Assembly: GCF_018350175.1 (NCBI RefSeq)
Contig: NC_058368.1
Coordinates: 49,725,815-49,789,814 of the forward strand
Direction of reading: 5' to 3'
DNA: 64,000 nt
Source: Felis catus
Lineage: Eukaryota
Shown here: positions 13,022-26,620 of the stretch, one piece after another
How positions within the stretch are numbered: the first letter of the stretch is position 1
Layout of the letters: each line of letters opens with the position of its first letter
Notes under the pieces: generated by a model
Seen by the model: the letters and a program-made list of their open reading frames with translations, nothing else
Database searches by the model: none
Told to the model about the DNA's origin: nothing
Translations under genes and position numbers: made by a program

Positions 13022-15424
13022 CTGCAGAGGAAGAGAAAATAAATATTTTTGAGATACCCTGAGCTTTGGAGATAAAAGTGAAATTGCAATGCAGTGATTT
13101 CCAGGAAATAAACATTCTTTTCTGAACCAGTGAGAGCTGTGTGGAATATCCATCTAACTAAAACTCTCCAGCAAGTCCTAGGTCCTACCTGCCAGACCAC
13201 CACCCCATCTCTACACATACAAAAGTGAAGAAAACACTTGATGCTAAAATAGCACTTCTTTCTAGAAAACAACAATAACAAAATTCACAAACAAATCATG
13301 GACATGTCCAGGAGAGATCCCAGGAAAACAGAATACAAAATCTATTCTGGCTAGAAATGAAGGCAAATTCCAAGTTCACATAAAGACTACCCTCCGAGTA
13401 AAATCAGAATTCTATCAAAGTTATCACATTATTTAAAAGGAAATCTTAGTAGCGTCTAAACAGAATTAGTCCTGCTTTTCCTGTATGTAATATGACACTG
13501 GAGGAGCTTTTTGAGGTCATTTTGTTTTACATTCAATCTATTGTTCAGGAAATACTTCTTTTTTTCAAATATCCTTTGCTCTCTGTTTCTTAAACCACCT
13601 CCATGAGCCGTACAGACCTCTTTTCTTTTTTCAAAATAGCCAAAAAGCAAGTAAAGCAAAGGGCCAAGCTGATTTCAAATAAATTCCCCTCTAAAATTCA
13701 CCTCTGAGGATAAAATTACCATAGAGATACCCAACAAGCAAACAAAATCAGTTCTGGATCACTGAAAAGCTGGTCCTAAACACTGAAACCCACCCATCTT
13801 TATCACCAAGGCTGTAGACACTGGCATGGGACTTTTCTTATGCCCAAAAATGAAGGGGAGATCAGTTTCCTTGCAAAGTGACTACTCATGTCAGTGAGAA
13901 CTTATAATGCCAGATTTTTAAATGTTTTCCACCACATATGCTTAAAAGTGATCTTGTTTCCCTCCTCCCCCCAGGAACTGATAAGATTAATTTCTGCAGA
14001 GCAAGGGGAACATATGAGAAAATAACAAGAACACACTGAGGAAACACAGATGGCTACAAGTAGAGTTAAATAAACAGTTTTTTAATCATTATTTTACTTT
14101 ATTACTTAAATTTTTTGCTGAAGAAAACTATAAATGTACTCTCTACCCAAGACATTAATTCCAGCTTCATTTTTTTTCTGACCAGCCTTGCCTTATAATC
14201 TAATCGCATCATCTCCTTCTCTTTATTAGGATATCTTCATTAGCCCTAAATGAACCATCCCCATTTCTAGTCTGGTCATCAATTTCTCGTCACAGAACCA
14301 CAGATCTGTGGGGATCCACAGGGATTGCCTAGTTCAAGGTCCTCATTTAAATGAAAGGACTGAGTCTCAGAAGCAAAATAATTTGCCTAAAACCACAGTT
14401 TAGTGGTAGAATCAGACAAGAACTGAAGTCTTTAGATTCTCTGTAAAATTCCCCATTACAAAAAATATTAAATCAAAAAATACTGAGTTGGGTCCTTTCC
14501 CAACAAAAGCTGTTTATCATCCAAAAGGAACAGAGATCAAAACTAGGTTTTGGCCAGTGATTTTTATATGCCCTAATATAAGGGGACCCCAAATATAAGG
14601 TAACCCCTTATTTTCCCAAATGGGCTCAAGTAACATATCTGGCCACTTTAAATATACCACCTTTCAGGGATACAGATAAAAAAGTCAAATGCCAATGCAC
14701 AATATTTAATCCAATTAATCAGACATTTTTAAATAATAAAATATATATTATAAAATGAAAATTAGAGAAAAACTAGAGACAATGTAATTTTAAAAAATCA
14801 TACCTTTTTTTTACTTTCCATTAGTTATTTGAAATACAGACTTTAAAAAGATAGCTTTATGATGCGATCACTGGAAATTCTCCCCAGTCACAAGTAGCCT
14901 TTCATATAATATTAGGACAGCTCATTTTTCTTTCATCCTATAGGGATGTATTCATGATTCCACAGCATAACCACTTATTGTGCTGCTTTTTAAAGTGATA
15001 TTCAAGGCCTGTTTAAATTTTAACCTATTCTATCCTATTTTAAAACCAGTGTTGATTGAGAAAATAAATGCCTAATCCAAACAAAAGTCAGTTTTTCAAA
15101 ATACAGGAATTGAAAGTCCCTGATAATATGACCTTTATAATGATTCAAATATAAGATAACACCCTTTTTCGGGGGCAAAATCTGGGGATGAAAACTTCAT
15201 TTTGTATTCAGGCATTTATGGTATTTTCAACCAGACATGAAGTCAACTTGCCCTCAAGAAAGGGGAAAGTCGGCAGCTCTGTATAATTCAATAGGTCCTC
15301 TTTAGCAACACCAAAACCAAAACAAAACACAAACTACCACAAAACCCCAAGCAAAACCCCCCAAAATACTCAGGAAAGGGACGTATCGTTTGCTTTTGTA
15401 CAATAATCAATATGACAAACATAC

Positions 15425-15583
15425 CCAAATCCACAAGAATGGCATGCTGCTGAGCAGTGAGCTGCTTTAAAAGTTCCTTATAGGAAACGTCAGGAGGCTG
15501 TTGTTTATTGGGCAATCTATGCCTGAGACGGTATTGTAAAGCTAGGAACTGCCAAATTTCTCCTCGTCGACTTTTGGGAACAC
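15425..15583 (-). CDS. TBC1D4: TBC1D4 exon 16 (start of TBC domain)
   Basis: TAG|(G)[18 protein letters not shown]...QHAILVDL(G)|GTATG; 159 nt, phase 1/1. Confidence 0.97.
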
Positions 15584-15798
15584 CTACGAAGATAAAAGGC
15601 AAGGTCTTGATCTCTGGAATGAAGTTGCTAAACCACTGATGAACTATGTAATGCCTGAAAACAGGCAGCTGTAAGGTCCTGTGTGCCACCTTCCCTCCCA
15701 TCACACAGTATGATGTGCCGAGAGAGCATATTTTGATCCTGAAGCTGCTGATATCTTGCAAAAGAAAACCCTCAAGTATCAATAATAAAGGCAATGCT

Positions 15799-16008
15799 GG
15801 GGCGCCTGGGTGGCTCAGTCGGTTAAGCGGCTCAGGTCATGATCTCACGGTTCCTGGGTTTGAGCTCTACGTCGGGATCTGTGCTGACAGCTCAAAGCCC
15901 AGAGCCTGCTTCAGATTCTGTGTCCCCCTCTCTCTGCGCCTCCCAAGCTCGAGCTCTGTCCTTGTTTGTCTCTCAAAAATAAATCAATGTTAAAAAAATA
16001 ATAATAAT
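15799..16008 (+). mobile_element. Can-SINE
   Basis: ggggcgcctgggtggctcagtcggttaagcg head; TSD core aaggcaatg on both sides. Confidence 0.93.
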
Positions 16009-16059
16009 GAAGGCAATGTTAACATCAGCCAACACTGATTGGGCACCTAATACAACATT

Positions 16060-16265
16060 CCATCAATGGTGCATTGCCACTCAGCATTGTACCTGTGCTC
16101 AGAAAACAACCAAATGAGGCAGGTGATTACTATTATCCCCACTTTCCAGATGGTGAAGCTGAGGAAGAAAGAAGCAAAGAACTTGCCCAAGTTCACACAG
16201 CTTGTAAGTGGAAGTTTAGGATTAGAACTCTCCAAGTCTGGCTTCAGAGGCCAAATTCTGAAACC
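16060..16265 (-). mobile_element. MIR SINE relic
   Basis: tattatccccactttccagatggtgaagctgagg...acttgcccaagttcacacagc core typical of MIR. Confidence 0.75.
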
Positions 16266-16659
16266 ATGAAATGTATCCCTGCCTATTCCCACCTTTTATT
16301 TGGTTTAAAGCTAGTAATAAATGCCAGTACTTATAAATTCTAAGCATTTGACATTAATAAGTCTCTGTATAAGGCAAACCAAGAATATACGTTGCTACTT
16401 ACACATCTGTAGGATGAATGAATGAATGATCACATGTAAAATGTCATTTGGGGGTAACTTTCATTAGCCCACTAAATGAATCTCTGATAATATGAGTGGG
16501 CTGTTTTATTATCCATCCAACAACAATTTTGCAAGAAGGCAATTCACTTCAGCTAAACAAGTCATCTGTTGAACATCTAACACATAGCAAAGTATAGAGA
16601 ATGGCACTGAGGATACTTCCTCCCTGGGAGATGAATAAATCCATTCTCGGGAATTAGTC

Positions 16660-17280
16660 TCATTCATTCATTCATCCATGTATTCATTCAGTAAATAACT
16701 TGTGCAAGATCCTTTTTAGGTACTAGGTATGCAGTGGCGGGGTGAGAAAAACATTAAACAAATATATGCCTAAATACAAAATTATAATTATGATAAGCAC
16801 CATTAAGGAAAAGAATCGTGAGAAAAAATAATGAAGCAAAATGAATTGATTTTGGTGGAAGAGAGGGATTTCTGAGGAAATGGTATTTGAACTGAGATCA
16901 AAAAGATAATAGGATTTTCCAAGCTGGGAGTGTGGGCAGCAATCCCTTCAGGAAGGGAAACGTTTGAACGCCCTCAGAAAGGCAAGGAATGGGGTGAGAA
17001 AGGAAGAGGAGGAGGAGGGGTGAAAAGAAAAGGATGATGGGAAATAGGCAGCAGGTGGAGAGGTAAGGATGAGAGGTTAGGGAAAACTGGAACATTCCAT
17101 GCAAGAAACAGCCTGGGACATATACTGGGACCCAGTGTAGTTCAACCTCTCTGGAACACATGATACAGGGAGAGAGGAAGCAGAACATGAGATCAGAGAT
17201 GAAGGAGGCAGAGATTATGGTGGGCCCTGGGCAGAGTGCTCAGAGGTTCAAACTGTATCCTATAAGAAATGGGAAGCTGA
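16660..17280. mobile_element. L2 LINE relic (approximate limits)
   Basis: (cattcatt)n end, tactaggtatgcagtg and purine-rich tttgaactgagat segment typical of the L2 3' region. Confidence 0.55.
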
Positions 17281-18256
17281 GCACCCCTAAAAATCTTTAA
17301 AACTCATACCAAAGAATAGTGTGATCGACAACCACACACATTCTATTACCCACTATTCTGTCTCACAAATAATGCAATCAATGAAAATGTTTAGGACTTC
17401 CATATCTTCAAGGAAAAAAAAAACAATAAATGTAGCATCTTACAAAATTAATCTCAACTTCATTTAAACTTAACTATGCAACAGTTTCACACATTAATCA
17501 TAAGCTTTTAAAACAAGATTCATTAACAGATATCTTTGGATATTCTTGGATTTTTATTTTGCACTCAGCTTATATAGGTCATGAGATCCTCATTTTAATA
17601 GCTGGGTCACAGAAATGCACCTCAAATATTCACATGCTAAGCAGTTTTAATTTTAAATTTAAGATGTTTAGCTATCAGCCATTTTATATGACAGAGTAGC
17701 AATGCAGTATAATGGCCAAATAAAAGCAATTTTTCCAAAATAAAGGAATATATACATGGAAGGAAAACTGATTGATGAATAAAAACATAAATCTGTTTAC
17801 ATGCACACATACATGTAGGTGAATATACATATACATATAAACATTTCTGACTAAATGATGGAAATGAGTCTAGTTTGTAAGTCTAAATTATTTTTATGGA
17901 TATGATCCAAGGTCTCTACCCATGCATTCACTCCTTTCTTGATAAACAACAAAGACAGCTGAGAACAGCTGGTTGAAGAAGACAGGAAAACCTATAGAAA
18001 AGGTGTCTGCTAACTCCTCAGGGACCATCTCTCCATTAGCACTGTTTTCTTTCCAACAAAGTCACTGACTGCAGTCAAAAGCAAATTACTTCCCTTTTTT
18101 TATAGGCAAAGCACAAGGACAAAATTATGCCTGAGCTACACAATCAAAAAATCTCTAAAGATTTTCTCTAAAAAAGATGATTAACGATGATCCACCTGAA
18201 ACTAATGTAACATTGTGTGTCAATATTACTCAAATGAAAAAGGCAATCCAGAATAC

Positions 18257-18415
18257 CTTCTTTAAGACAAATATGAATGTCTTCCATATCGCTTCTGATT
18301 TTAGCTCTGCAGTTCAACAACTTCTTATCCCAGGTTAGTAAGACCTCCTTCTGACATACACCAACTTCTTCATAGTCCAGTTTAACTTTTCTGGACTGGA
18401 GTTCATCTCTGCTTG
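18257..18415 (-). CDS. TBC1D4: TBC1D4 exon 15
   Basis: TAG|(A)[18 protein letters not shown]...IHICLKE(G)|GTATT; 159 nt, phase 1/1. Confidence 0.96.
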
Positions 18416-21110
18416 CTAAGAAAAACAAAAGAATTTATGTAAAACTGATGTGTTCCTAGAACACAGAATTTTAAACATTTTGTTGTATTTGTAAAATCAT
18501 ACCAAATGATTTTTAGGAATCAACCACTAACATGTAGTCACAAAGTAAACTTAAAAAAAGTGAGGATACATGAAAGGTTCCCAAGCGGAGTCATATCATG
18601 TAAAAAAGTATCAGGAATAACTTTCTAAGGAGGTTTTACTCTGTATCTTACAGATGGGAGCTCTACTAAGCATTAAAAACTAAGCATGTTCCCTAGGCTG
18701 TAAGTTTCAATTTTTTTTGACAAATGTGATAGCCTCAGATGTGACAACTTGCATCATTTTCAACACCAATGATATTTTATATATGACCTATATGAGAAAA
18801 CAATACCTCGTGCTAACCTTGATTAGAGAAATACTGACCATGGTGACCCAATACATTTTTATAATTATTCCCAGAGTTACCAATACTTCTTTTAAAAATG
18901 TTAAGTCATGTGCCTCTGTGTTCATTTTTTTCTTAAAGAAAAAAATTCATTTTATTGAAATTAACACTACTTCTGTTTTTAAAAATAGTACAGAATTCTC
19001 TCTTGTTTGATGGTCTAAAATATAAGCCCAGAGCTCATTAAAGAAAGGCCTATAAAAGCAACTACTAACTTGATGTGTTCTTTATCTTGAATACTTGATT
19101 CCAAAAGAGTAAAGGAAGAAAAAACATTTAGCTATTTTTTTTTCTCTTTCATTAGGATCACATTGAACAGGAGTCTCACAGATTAATGTGTACTCATTCA
19201 AGCTCACAGTGCTCAACCCCTTACCTTCTGCAACATAAATCTTTGTCATGCATCCAAAGTCCTCGACAGCACAAAAAACAACAGCAGAATGAGTATTACC
19301 CTTTACTTAGTGTGTTTGAAACCATTCCAAAGAATTTAAATATCTTATAATACGGTTATTCAAATAAAGAGTAAAAGTTTCTACTGAAAGTCCAGATATA
19401 ACCAAACTTTCACTATGAAAATACTCCTGGATACCACTAGATGGCCTACCTCTTGGATACCACTAAACTCCCAGAGAGGAGCTTTGCTTCTCAATACTTG
19501 CTTTATATTTCTCTATGGTAATCAAATTTTTTTGAAGAAGTGGGTTCATTAAAGCTAATAATTAATATAACCCTATATGTTACTTTAGTATTTTTTTATA
19601 ATGAACAAAAGCATATTTCCTTTTTTTCCCCCTGCAACGTTCTCTAGATCTTTATTCATTTAAGAGAATAATCAAGAGCTATGTGCCAGCTTCAGGCCCT
19701 GAGGATAAAATGCTGATTAAGAACAGTCAACATCTGCCCTCACCTGGTTAACTAGGCAAAAAATAAAGAACCATCAATAAATAATTATCCATTGACTAGA
19801 ATTTTAATAAGCTCAACTATTTTTTGTCTCTGTTACTTAAATACAGAAAAAAAAGAACTCATAAAGGTTTCTGACCATATCTGCTAAATGTCACCTCCTC
19901 TCTTACCCTGAATATGAATTGAATTTCCCTCAAAATCTATAATAGCCCGGGTGGGCATACCATTTATCACATCAAACTTTTAAAAGCTGTACCAATAACA
20001 ATCAATTGTGTTTTTAATTTTAAAGAAAAAAAAAAGATTTACTCCCTAGGATATTTAAAACTTTACGTACTTCCAGTCTGCCAAGAAAACAGCAATAAAG
20101 AAAATTACTCCCTTGCAAACTAAATATTGTTCAATTTAAAAACAGAATTGAGTATTAGGTGTAGTAAGAGGAATCTTAAGATAGGTGATGAGCACAGAAA
20201 TGTGAACACCTGTTCTTAAAAAAGCATTTTGGAAGACAACACAATAAAAGCAAGCCAGAGAAAAACCTAAATTGTACATTTTCCTATAATCTTGTAAATC
20301 AAAGGACCCACTTAAGCTAAATCGTTCATTTTACACATGTGAAAAACAAGGCCCTTTTAGGTTAAGTGCACTGCCAAACATAGTAACATTAATACATTTT
20401 TTGAGTTTTGGTCCCGTCTGCACATCTCCTTGTGTGTGGCTCATAAGGAGGTAAATAACATCATTCTTTCGAAGTCTGGAAAACACATTCTAAAACACTT
20501 ATTCATAAACTAAGCAATAAAGCACCAGTAATACCACAGAAGCTATTGTAAATTATCCAATTATAAATTTAATGATTTGAATACGATTTTTTAAGTAGAA
20601 AGTATATAAAGCAATAACAAAAATTAGGAACTTTGATTTGATAACAGGTAATTAGATAGTTGAACTGGGTACAATACAAATAGAATTTATTTGAAATAGG
20701 CACATTTCCCTTATTATAAATGCAATTAGCCTAAAAGGTGAAAATCAATTTCAAAAAGAATTTTTGAAATATTTTTCATGTTTAAGTGTTTTTTTTAAGT
20801 AATGCACAATAATATTAGACTTTCAGTCACATCAAATACATGGATGCCACACTATGTACATTTTCTGTTACCCAAATACACTCTAAAGGTGTCTGATGTT
20901 TTAGCTATTAAACAAAAATGCAAATATTTTAAGCTGCACATTCCCATGTCATTGCAACCTCAGAAAATAAAATGAAACAATTATAATCAGTAAAATCCTA
21001 GTCAAAGTGCATTTATACTCCTTGACTGAGTGTGGGGAAGATGGGGGTGGTTTTAACCTAAAGCTTTTAATTATAGTATCATATCATTTAGCCCTGATTG
21101 AATGGCTAAC

Positions 21111-21323
21111 CTTCAAGTTTCTGGTTTTCTTTCTCCATTCGAAGCAACAAGATTTGTTGATGTATTGCTTTTCTCCACAAACTCCTCAGTTCTTCTGACT
21201 TTTTTCTTTCTTCAGCCTTCTCCGGGTCATCATCTTCACCAGACATGAATATAACCAGGGGTTCCTCCTCCATGGTTGGAGCAAGAGGGGACAGTGGCAG
21301 CAGCTCGTTCCTGTCCAGTCCAT
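21111..21323 (-). CDS. TBC1D4: TBC1D4 exon 14 (calmodulin-binding segment [17 protein letters not shown])
   Basis: CAG|(D)[13 protein letters not shown]...[15 protein letters not shown]; 213 nt, phase 1/1. Confidence 0.96.
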
Positions 21324-22439
21324 CTGCAGAGAAGAAAACAGTGAGAGGCATTCCTAAGCAGTAACCCAGACTACGGAAGCTTTCTCTAGAATTGATGTTC
21401 TCTCATCCTATCTTCCACCTTTAAAGCTTTTCACAAGGCCACTTTCCCAGTAACTGCATTTCTGGAACTAACAGCTTAAGTAAATTCACTAAACTAAATT
21501 CCCCTGCCAGATTTCCCTCTCGAGTTGAAACGAAAGCACATGTAATTTCTCTACTTCTTCTTTCTGCACACAATGACCTATAAGATAGGTGCTCTAAGAT
21601 GAACTGGCAATCCCCAGAGCCCAACACTTCTGCAATTTATCTTTGTACATTCTCTGATTGTGCAAAACAAAAAGGTTACGTGAGTAGGTAATAGTGATCT
21701 CCTAAGGTCTCCATCTACCATCAGACACAGTCAAGAGAAGAGCAGCTGAACGACGTAGGGCCTGTCTTGGCTCAGCACCTCTGCTCACTCCTGCAACATT
21801 CTCTTACCCAATTCCTGGAGCTCGCTCTCTCCCTCTGTTCCAGGCCATTCTTTGCACCTTTGCCAATTAGTTTCCTATTAACAAACATGACTATGTCTCT
21901 TAAAATATTTCAACAGTTGCTTATGCCCCAAAGCACAAAGTCCAAACTACTGCAAACAGCATATGGACAGCTTCAGACTCCTGCCTCGTGTAAACTTCCC
22001 AACCTGTGTTTCCATCTCCCATCCTCTGCTCCTGTCATGCTGAATTTCTCCCCTAACCTGCAAAGTTCTCTCCGATGATGTCAGAGTTTTGCTAGTTTCA
22101 CTTCCTGAAACATGCTTCTCCCAGCAATGAGTTTAAATGTAAATATCCAACATTCCTGTGAAGCTTTCTCTGGCCACCCTAGGCAGAGTTAATTTTTTCT
22201 CTAGTAATGTTAGCTTCTTATTTCTTTTTCTTTACTAACTGACCTCTGCCCTTACCCTTATTATTTATTTCCTTAATAAATAATTTTTAAAAATTTTACT
22301 CAAGAGCTCCTTTTCTAACTTCTTGAATTAAATACTTAGGTATATTTGAGTTTTGTCTTTCCTGATTTTAAAAATGCCCTTTAAATACAACTCAATGTTG
22401 ATGTGTAGGGCTCTAAACATATTTTCTTCCTTCTAGTTT

Positions 22440-23030
22440 CTAGTAGTTTTCAGTTTCCAAACACATGAAACATTTTAGTTGTCTTCTAATTCTTGATTCC
22501 TTTTTTTTTTTTTTTTTTGCACTGTAATCAGAGATTATGTGATTGTTTCATTAAAATAATGCCTTTGTGGCCAAGTACACAATTTTTTGGAATGTTCCAT
22601 GTGCACTAAAAATGAATGAACTTTGCCTATGGGGGAGCAAGGTTCTGTATAAATATTAGATCAAGCTTGTTAAATTATATTTCTCAAATATTAACTATAT
22701 ATACCCTCCTTGTATTTAATTTTTAGAGAAAAATATGTTAAAATCTCCCATGAGAGCTACTGATGTATTTCTTCCCAACATTCTGTGAACTTCTATTTTC
22801 TAACTTTCAAAGCTATATAATTACGCATGTTGGCATAATTGATCATCATTTTTGTACCTCTGTTTATTGTTATAATTTACTTTGCCCCTTTGGATGTCTT
22901 TGCTTTAATTTCTAACAGGTCTCATATCTTTTGGTTGATATTTGTCTACTGTCTCTGTATCCATTTCTTAATCATTCAACATTTTGATGTCACTTTGTTT
23001 TATGAGTGACCCTTGTAAAGGAGTAGGTTA
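22440..23030 (-). mobile_element. Ancient L1M ORF2 relic (approximate limits)
   Basis: T-rich block with aatgttccatgtgcac and ttctgtataaatattagatcaagcttgtt, resembling antisense L1 endonuclease region. Confidence 0.55.
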
Positions 23031-23301
23031 CTTTTCTAATAATAAAAAAAAAAAAAGTATGCTTTTCTAGCAGTATCTTAGTGCCCAGTTTGGGGAGTTC
23101 ACTCATTCACTCATCAAGCATTTACTGAATGTCTACTACGTTCTAACAATAGCTGAGAAGTTCACCACCATGTCATATATAGAAACAGAAGTTATTTCTC
23201 CACTGAAATCACTCAAATCTCTTTGTACCCAAAACACTGCATTCCATTCCCTAGTTTATGATACCGGTAAGGAGTAATTCTTTAGTGTGTACCACACAGA
23301 C

Positions 23302-23459
23302 CCTGCTGCATTGCTGAGGGAGATTTGTTCATGGGAGAAGCAACCCTGAGGAAAATGCGCTGCCTCCAGGAGATTCGACGAGGGGTGACGGGAGTTCCTC
23401 CAGCGTTTAGGGACTCATTGCTGCAAGTAGACGAGGTCCTTTTTCTCCCCTCTCCATCA
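23302..23459 (-). CDS. TBC1D4: TBC1D4 exon 13 (Akt motif RKRTSS, Ser751 equivalent)
   Basis: CAG|(S)[16 protein letters not shown]...[16 protein letters not shown]; 158 nt, phase 2/1; donor is weak. Confidence 0.93.
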
Positions 23460-25622
23460 CTGTGGAAAGCAAATAAATAAGTAACTTGTAAGGAGAAATG
23501 CACAGCACGGTTCTTCACAACCACACGGTAGCACAAGCCATTCACAAGTCCTGCCATGGGCAAGCACAAGCCTCAGGCAACAAAGAGCGATGCATCACTA
23601 GGCACACTGGTCATCCAGGCCACAGCAGCCTGGGGAAAATGCAATCCAAGCCACAGCCCAGGCATGAGGAGCTCACCTGTTTCTACTCATTCCATAGTAG
23701 CCAACCATTTCAAGTCCTAACCCGAGGAAAAGAGGAACGTATACAGAGGCACAGAGGCTGCTTAAGTAAGGAACTCGTGCTTTACTAAAAAATTAAAAAG
23801 TGCATTCTAAACAATGTAAATGTTCTGCAAGAGGCTCAAAAAGAGCTTTCCTTATACTCTTACAGAATAGACTGATAAAGATAGCTTCTTATTGCCTGTG
23901 ACTGTTGAGATCTGTCTACAAGTTGCTAGCCACCAATGTGTGGATCATGGCAGAAAGTAACCCGAAGAAAGGAGGAATGCTTAACCTTGGGATTATTATT
24001 AGGTAATATATTAAGAAAAGAACTGTGATCAATAAGACTGGCTAGGTTAAGATAAAAAATATTCAACATCTCTCTATAGGAGGATTTCACAGAGACTGTA
24101 ATATACTGGTATGCACTATGACTTTCCGAAGAGTGAAGTAATGTATAGATATGCCCTAATCTATTTCAATCATTTGACCCCATAATCACCTTCCCCAATT
24201 TTGGAGGCAGGGAGGGGGCTTTGAGCATGTGACAGCTTTATACATTAGTGCTTTGTGAAACGAACATGTGGAAATGTGGGTCTGCTCTAAAACTTTCATT
24301 TCCTAGGAAAGAACATTCTAAGTGATGCTAGGCCTATCTGCAATAAAAGGTCATCCTGACTCAAACTCACTTCTGAGACGAATCACTTTAGCAGCTGGAA
24401 TGCCATGCAATAATTGCTACAGTTAGTGGTGGTAACAGTACATTTCAAAGTCTCTGGGCTTTCCGGAAAAAATGATGAAGGTAACAGTATTTATGGCTAG
24501 TGACACCAACAAGTGAAGATCCAGGACTTTTAATGGAGTCCAAAAGAGTCAATGCTGAAGTCAGAAAGGAAATGTAGCTAGAAAATCCACCACCTGCCTC
24601 AGTGGTACTGAGGCCACCAAGAAGAGAGCAATTCAGCACCTGCTTATCATATTTTTATTTATGTACCCATGGTCATCAGGTAATTCCGTTATCTCTAATC
24701 TTGACCTATCTTCCTGGAATGATTACTTCTAGATTAGCTAAACTAAGGTTAAGAAAAAGACATGTCTTCAGCTGTTGCACAGTTGGCAGTGTGATAGATT
24801 AGGATACTTCAGAAAGCAACAACACATATATCTCAATACAGTCAAACCCCCTTTGTTATATAAAATTACAACCCTAATATGTGTCCATGGTTCAAAACTC
24901 CTTGTAAAACTGAATAAATATGTTCACCTTTACTTCCGCTTTGGAAAGTATTAACTCAAGTATTTCCCTTTTAGAAACTGTGATTCAAATGTTCTGCAAA
25001 TAATAGTTATATCCTGATAAACACTCTTGAAGTACTCTGTATCTTCACTTTGGTAACACTATCTCACGAGCAGTTATTTGCTAAATGCCCAGTTAATGGA
25101 CGTCTTTCTAGCTTCTGGTATAATAACTGGCAAATAATAGCAAACATTAACTCAGAAGGTTAAATGAAATGGACAAAAAAATCATATGGGCTAGGCTAAC
25201 ATGTCAGGAATAACTAAAAGAACACCTTTTTAAAACCTATGTTGGTAGCATGACTTTTACGTCCTTTTTGGCAAAAAGCTCTAACAGGTCTGTTTCCCGA
25301 AAGTACAGACCGGGCTGTTGATGGCACTGGTAGGTACTGACAACAGCAGCAGTGTTAGTGAACAGCGTAAGGCGTTGTTTTTCCGAGTAAGTGCTGTTCC
25401 TGTCCTGCATAAAGGCGTCAAAATTTATAATTTAAGCCTAGAAAACTAAGTGAAAGACTTCTGTAAAGTATCTATTTCAATGCCTCATGGGGTAAGTGTT
25501 CAATAATTCCTCTTGACTATTTAGCAGCTCCGACAAACAAAACTACAATAAACTAACCCGAAGGATTCTGAAACTTTTATATTTTGATGGTGGAATTAAA
25601 CTATCTTTTAAAAATCAGACTT

Positions 25623-25820
25623 GGGGCACACAGGTGGCTCAGTCAGTTAGGCATCCAACTTCAACTCAGGTCATGAACTCACAGTCCGTGGGTTCAAGCC
25701 CTGCGGTGGGCTGACAGTACAGAGCCTGCTTCGGATTCTGTGTCTCCCTCTCTCTCTGCCCCTCCCCTGCTCATGCTCTGTCTCTGTCCCTCTCTCTCAA
25801 AAATAAATAAACATTAAAAA
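25623..25820 (+). mobile_element. Can-SINE
   Basis: ggggcacacaggtggctcagtcagtt head, CT tract, aataaataaa tail. Confidence 0.92.
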
Positions 25821-26399
25821 TTTTTTTTAAATCAAGTTCCAATTCGCCGTCAATGACATGTTGAATGTCTAGATAGTACTAAAAATAAAACTTAAAGTAC
25901 TCCTAACAATTTCATTACTGTCTCTAAAATATGTGCTTTTGGGGGATTAGATTATAAAACAGGTCTATAAAGTACCCTCACATTAGCCTGCTACATATTT
26001 GAAAGTTTCATAACATCTAAAATTTTATATCCTATAATCTAAATAAATTGCCAAGTGACACATTTTCTTCCTATGTCTGGAACTGAATGGTCAGAATTGA
26101 TAAGCCAAAAATTAGCAGTCAGAATATAAGATAATAATATACTGAAAAGCACTTACATAACAGACCACTGACCCCTTTATCTTGGTACTAAAAAAGGACA
26201 TCCTAAAAAAGCTGGTTGGTGGCTGAGATAAGGAAAAGGCTGCCTTGCTTCATTTCATTCCAGAAGCCATGTACCCAGAAGTCTGAGTCCAGATAAGGGC
26301 TCCAGCAGTCAGTGCATATATGCAACTTCCCACAGCTTCCCTTTGATTTACCTACCATTGGTCAGCAATCTGACATTCCTACGGTGGTAACTGCATTGT

Positions 26400-26620
26400 C
26401 CTAATATTTAGCATTTTACAAGTAGGAACTCATTTTATCCTCACAGCAACCTTATGGGGTAGGTGTTATTTCTATTTCCACTTTCAGTGAGAAAACTTTC
26501 TCTGGGTTGAAAAAGTCTAAGCAACTCGCCCACAGTTCCACAGATAATAAATGGAGAAGCCAGAATTCAAATCCAGGTGGTCCAGGATCCCAACAAAGGC
26601 ACTATACTTCATCATGCCAA
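26400..26620 (-). mobile_element. MIR SINE relic
   Basis: ctcattttatcctcacagcaaccttatggggtaggtg...gccagaattcaaatccagg. Confidence 0.7.

Noticed and set aside
14578..14611. Small inverted repeat ataagggg...ccccttat with a duplicated aatataagg
   Set aside because: 8-bp stem, too short for a pre-miRNA or MITE; expected from local duplication or chance
19428..19465. Direct repeat tggataccacta twice (also the 16-mer tandem at about 41541-41580 and the AT-rich duplication at about 43554-43611)
   Set aside because: Only two copies each; ordinary slippage, nothing array-like or CRISPR-like
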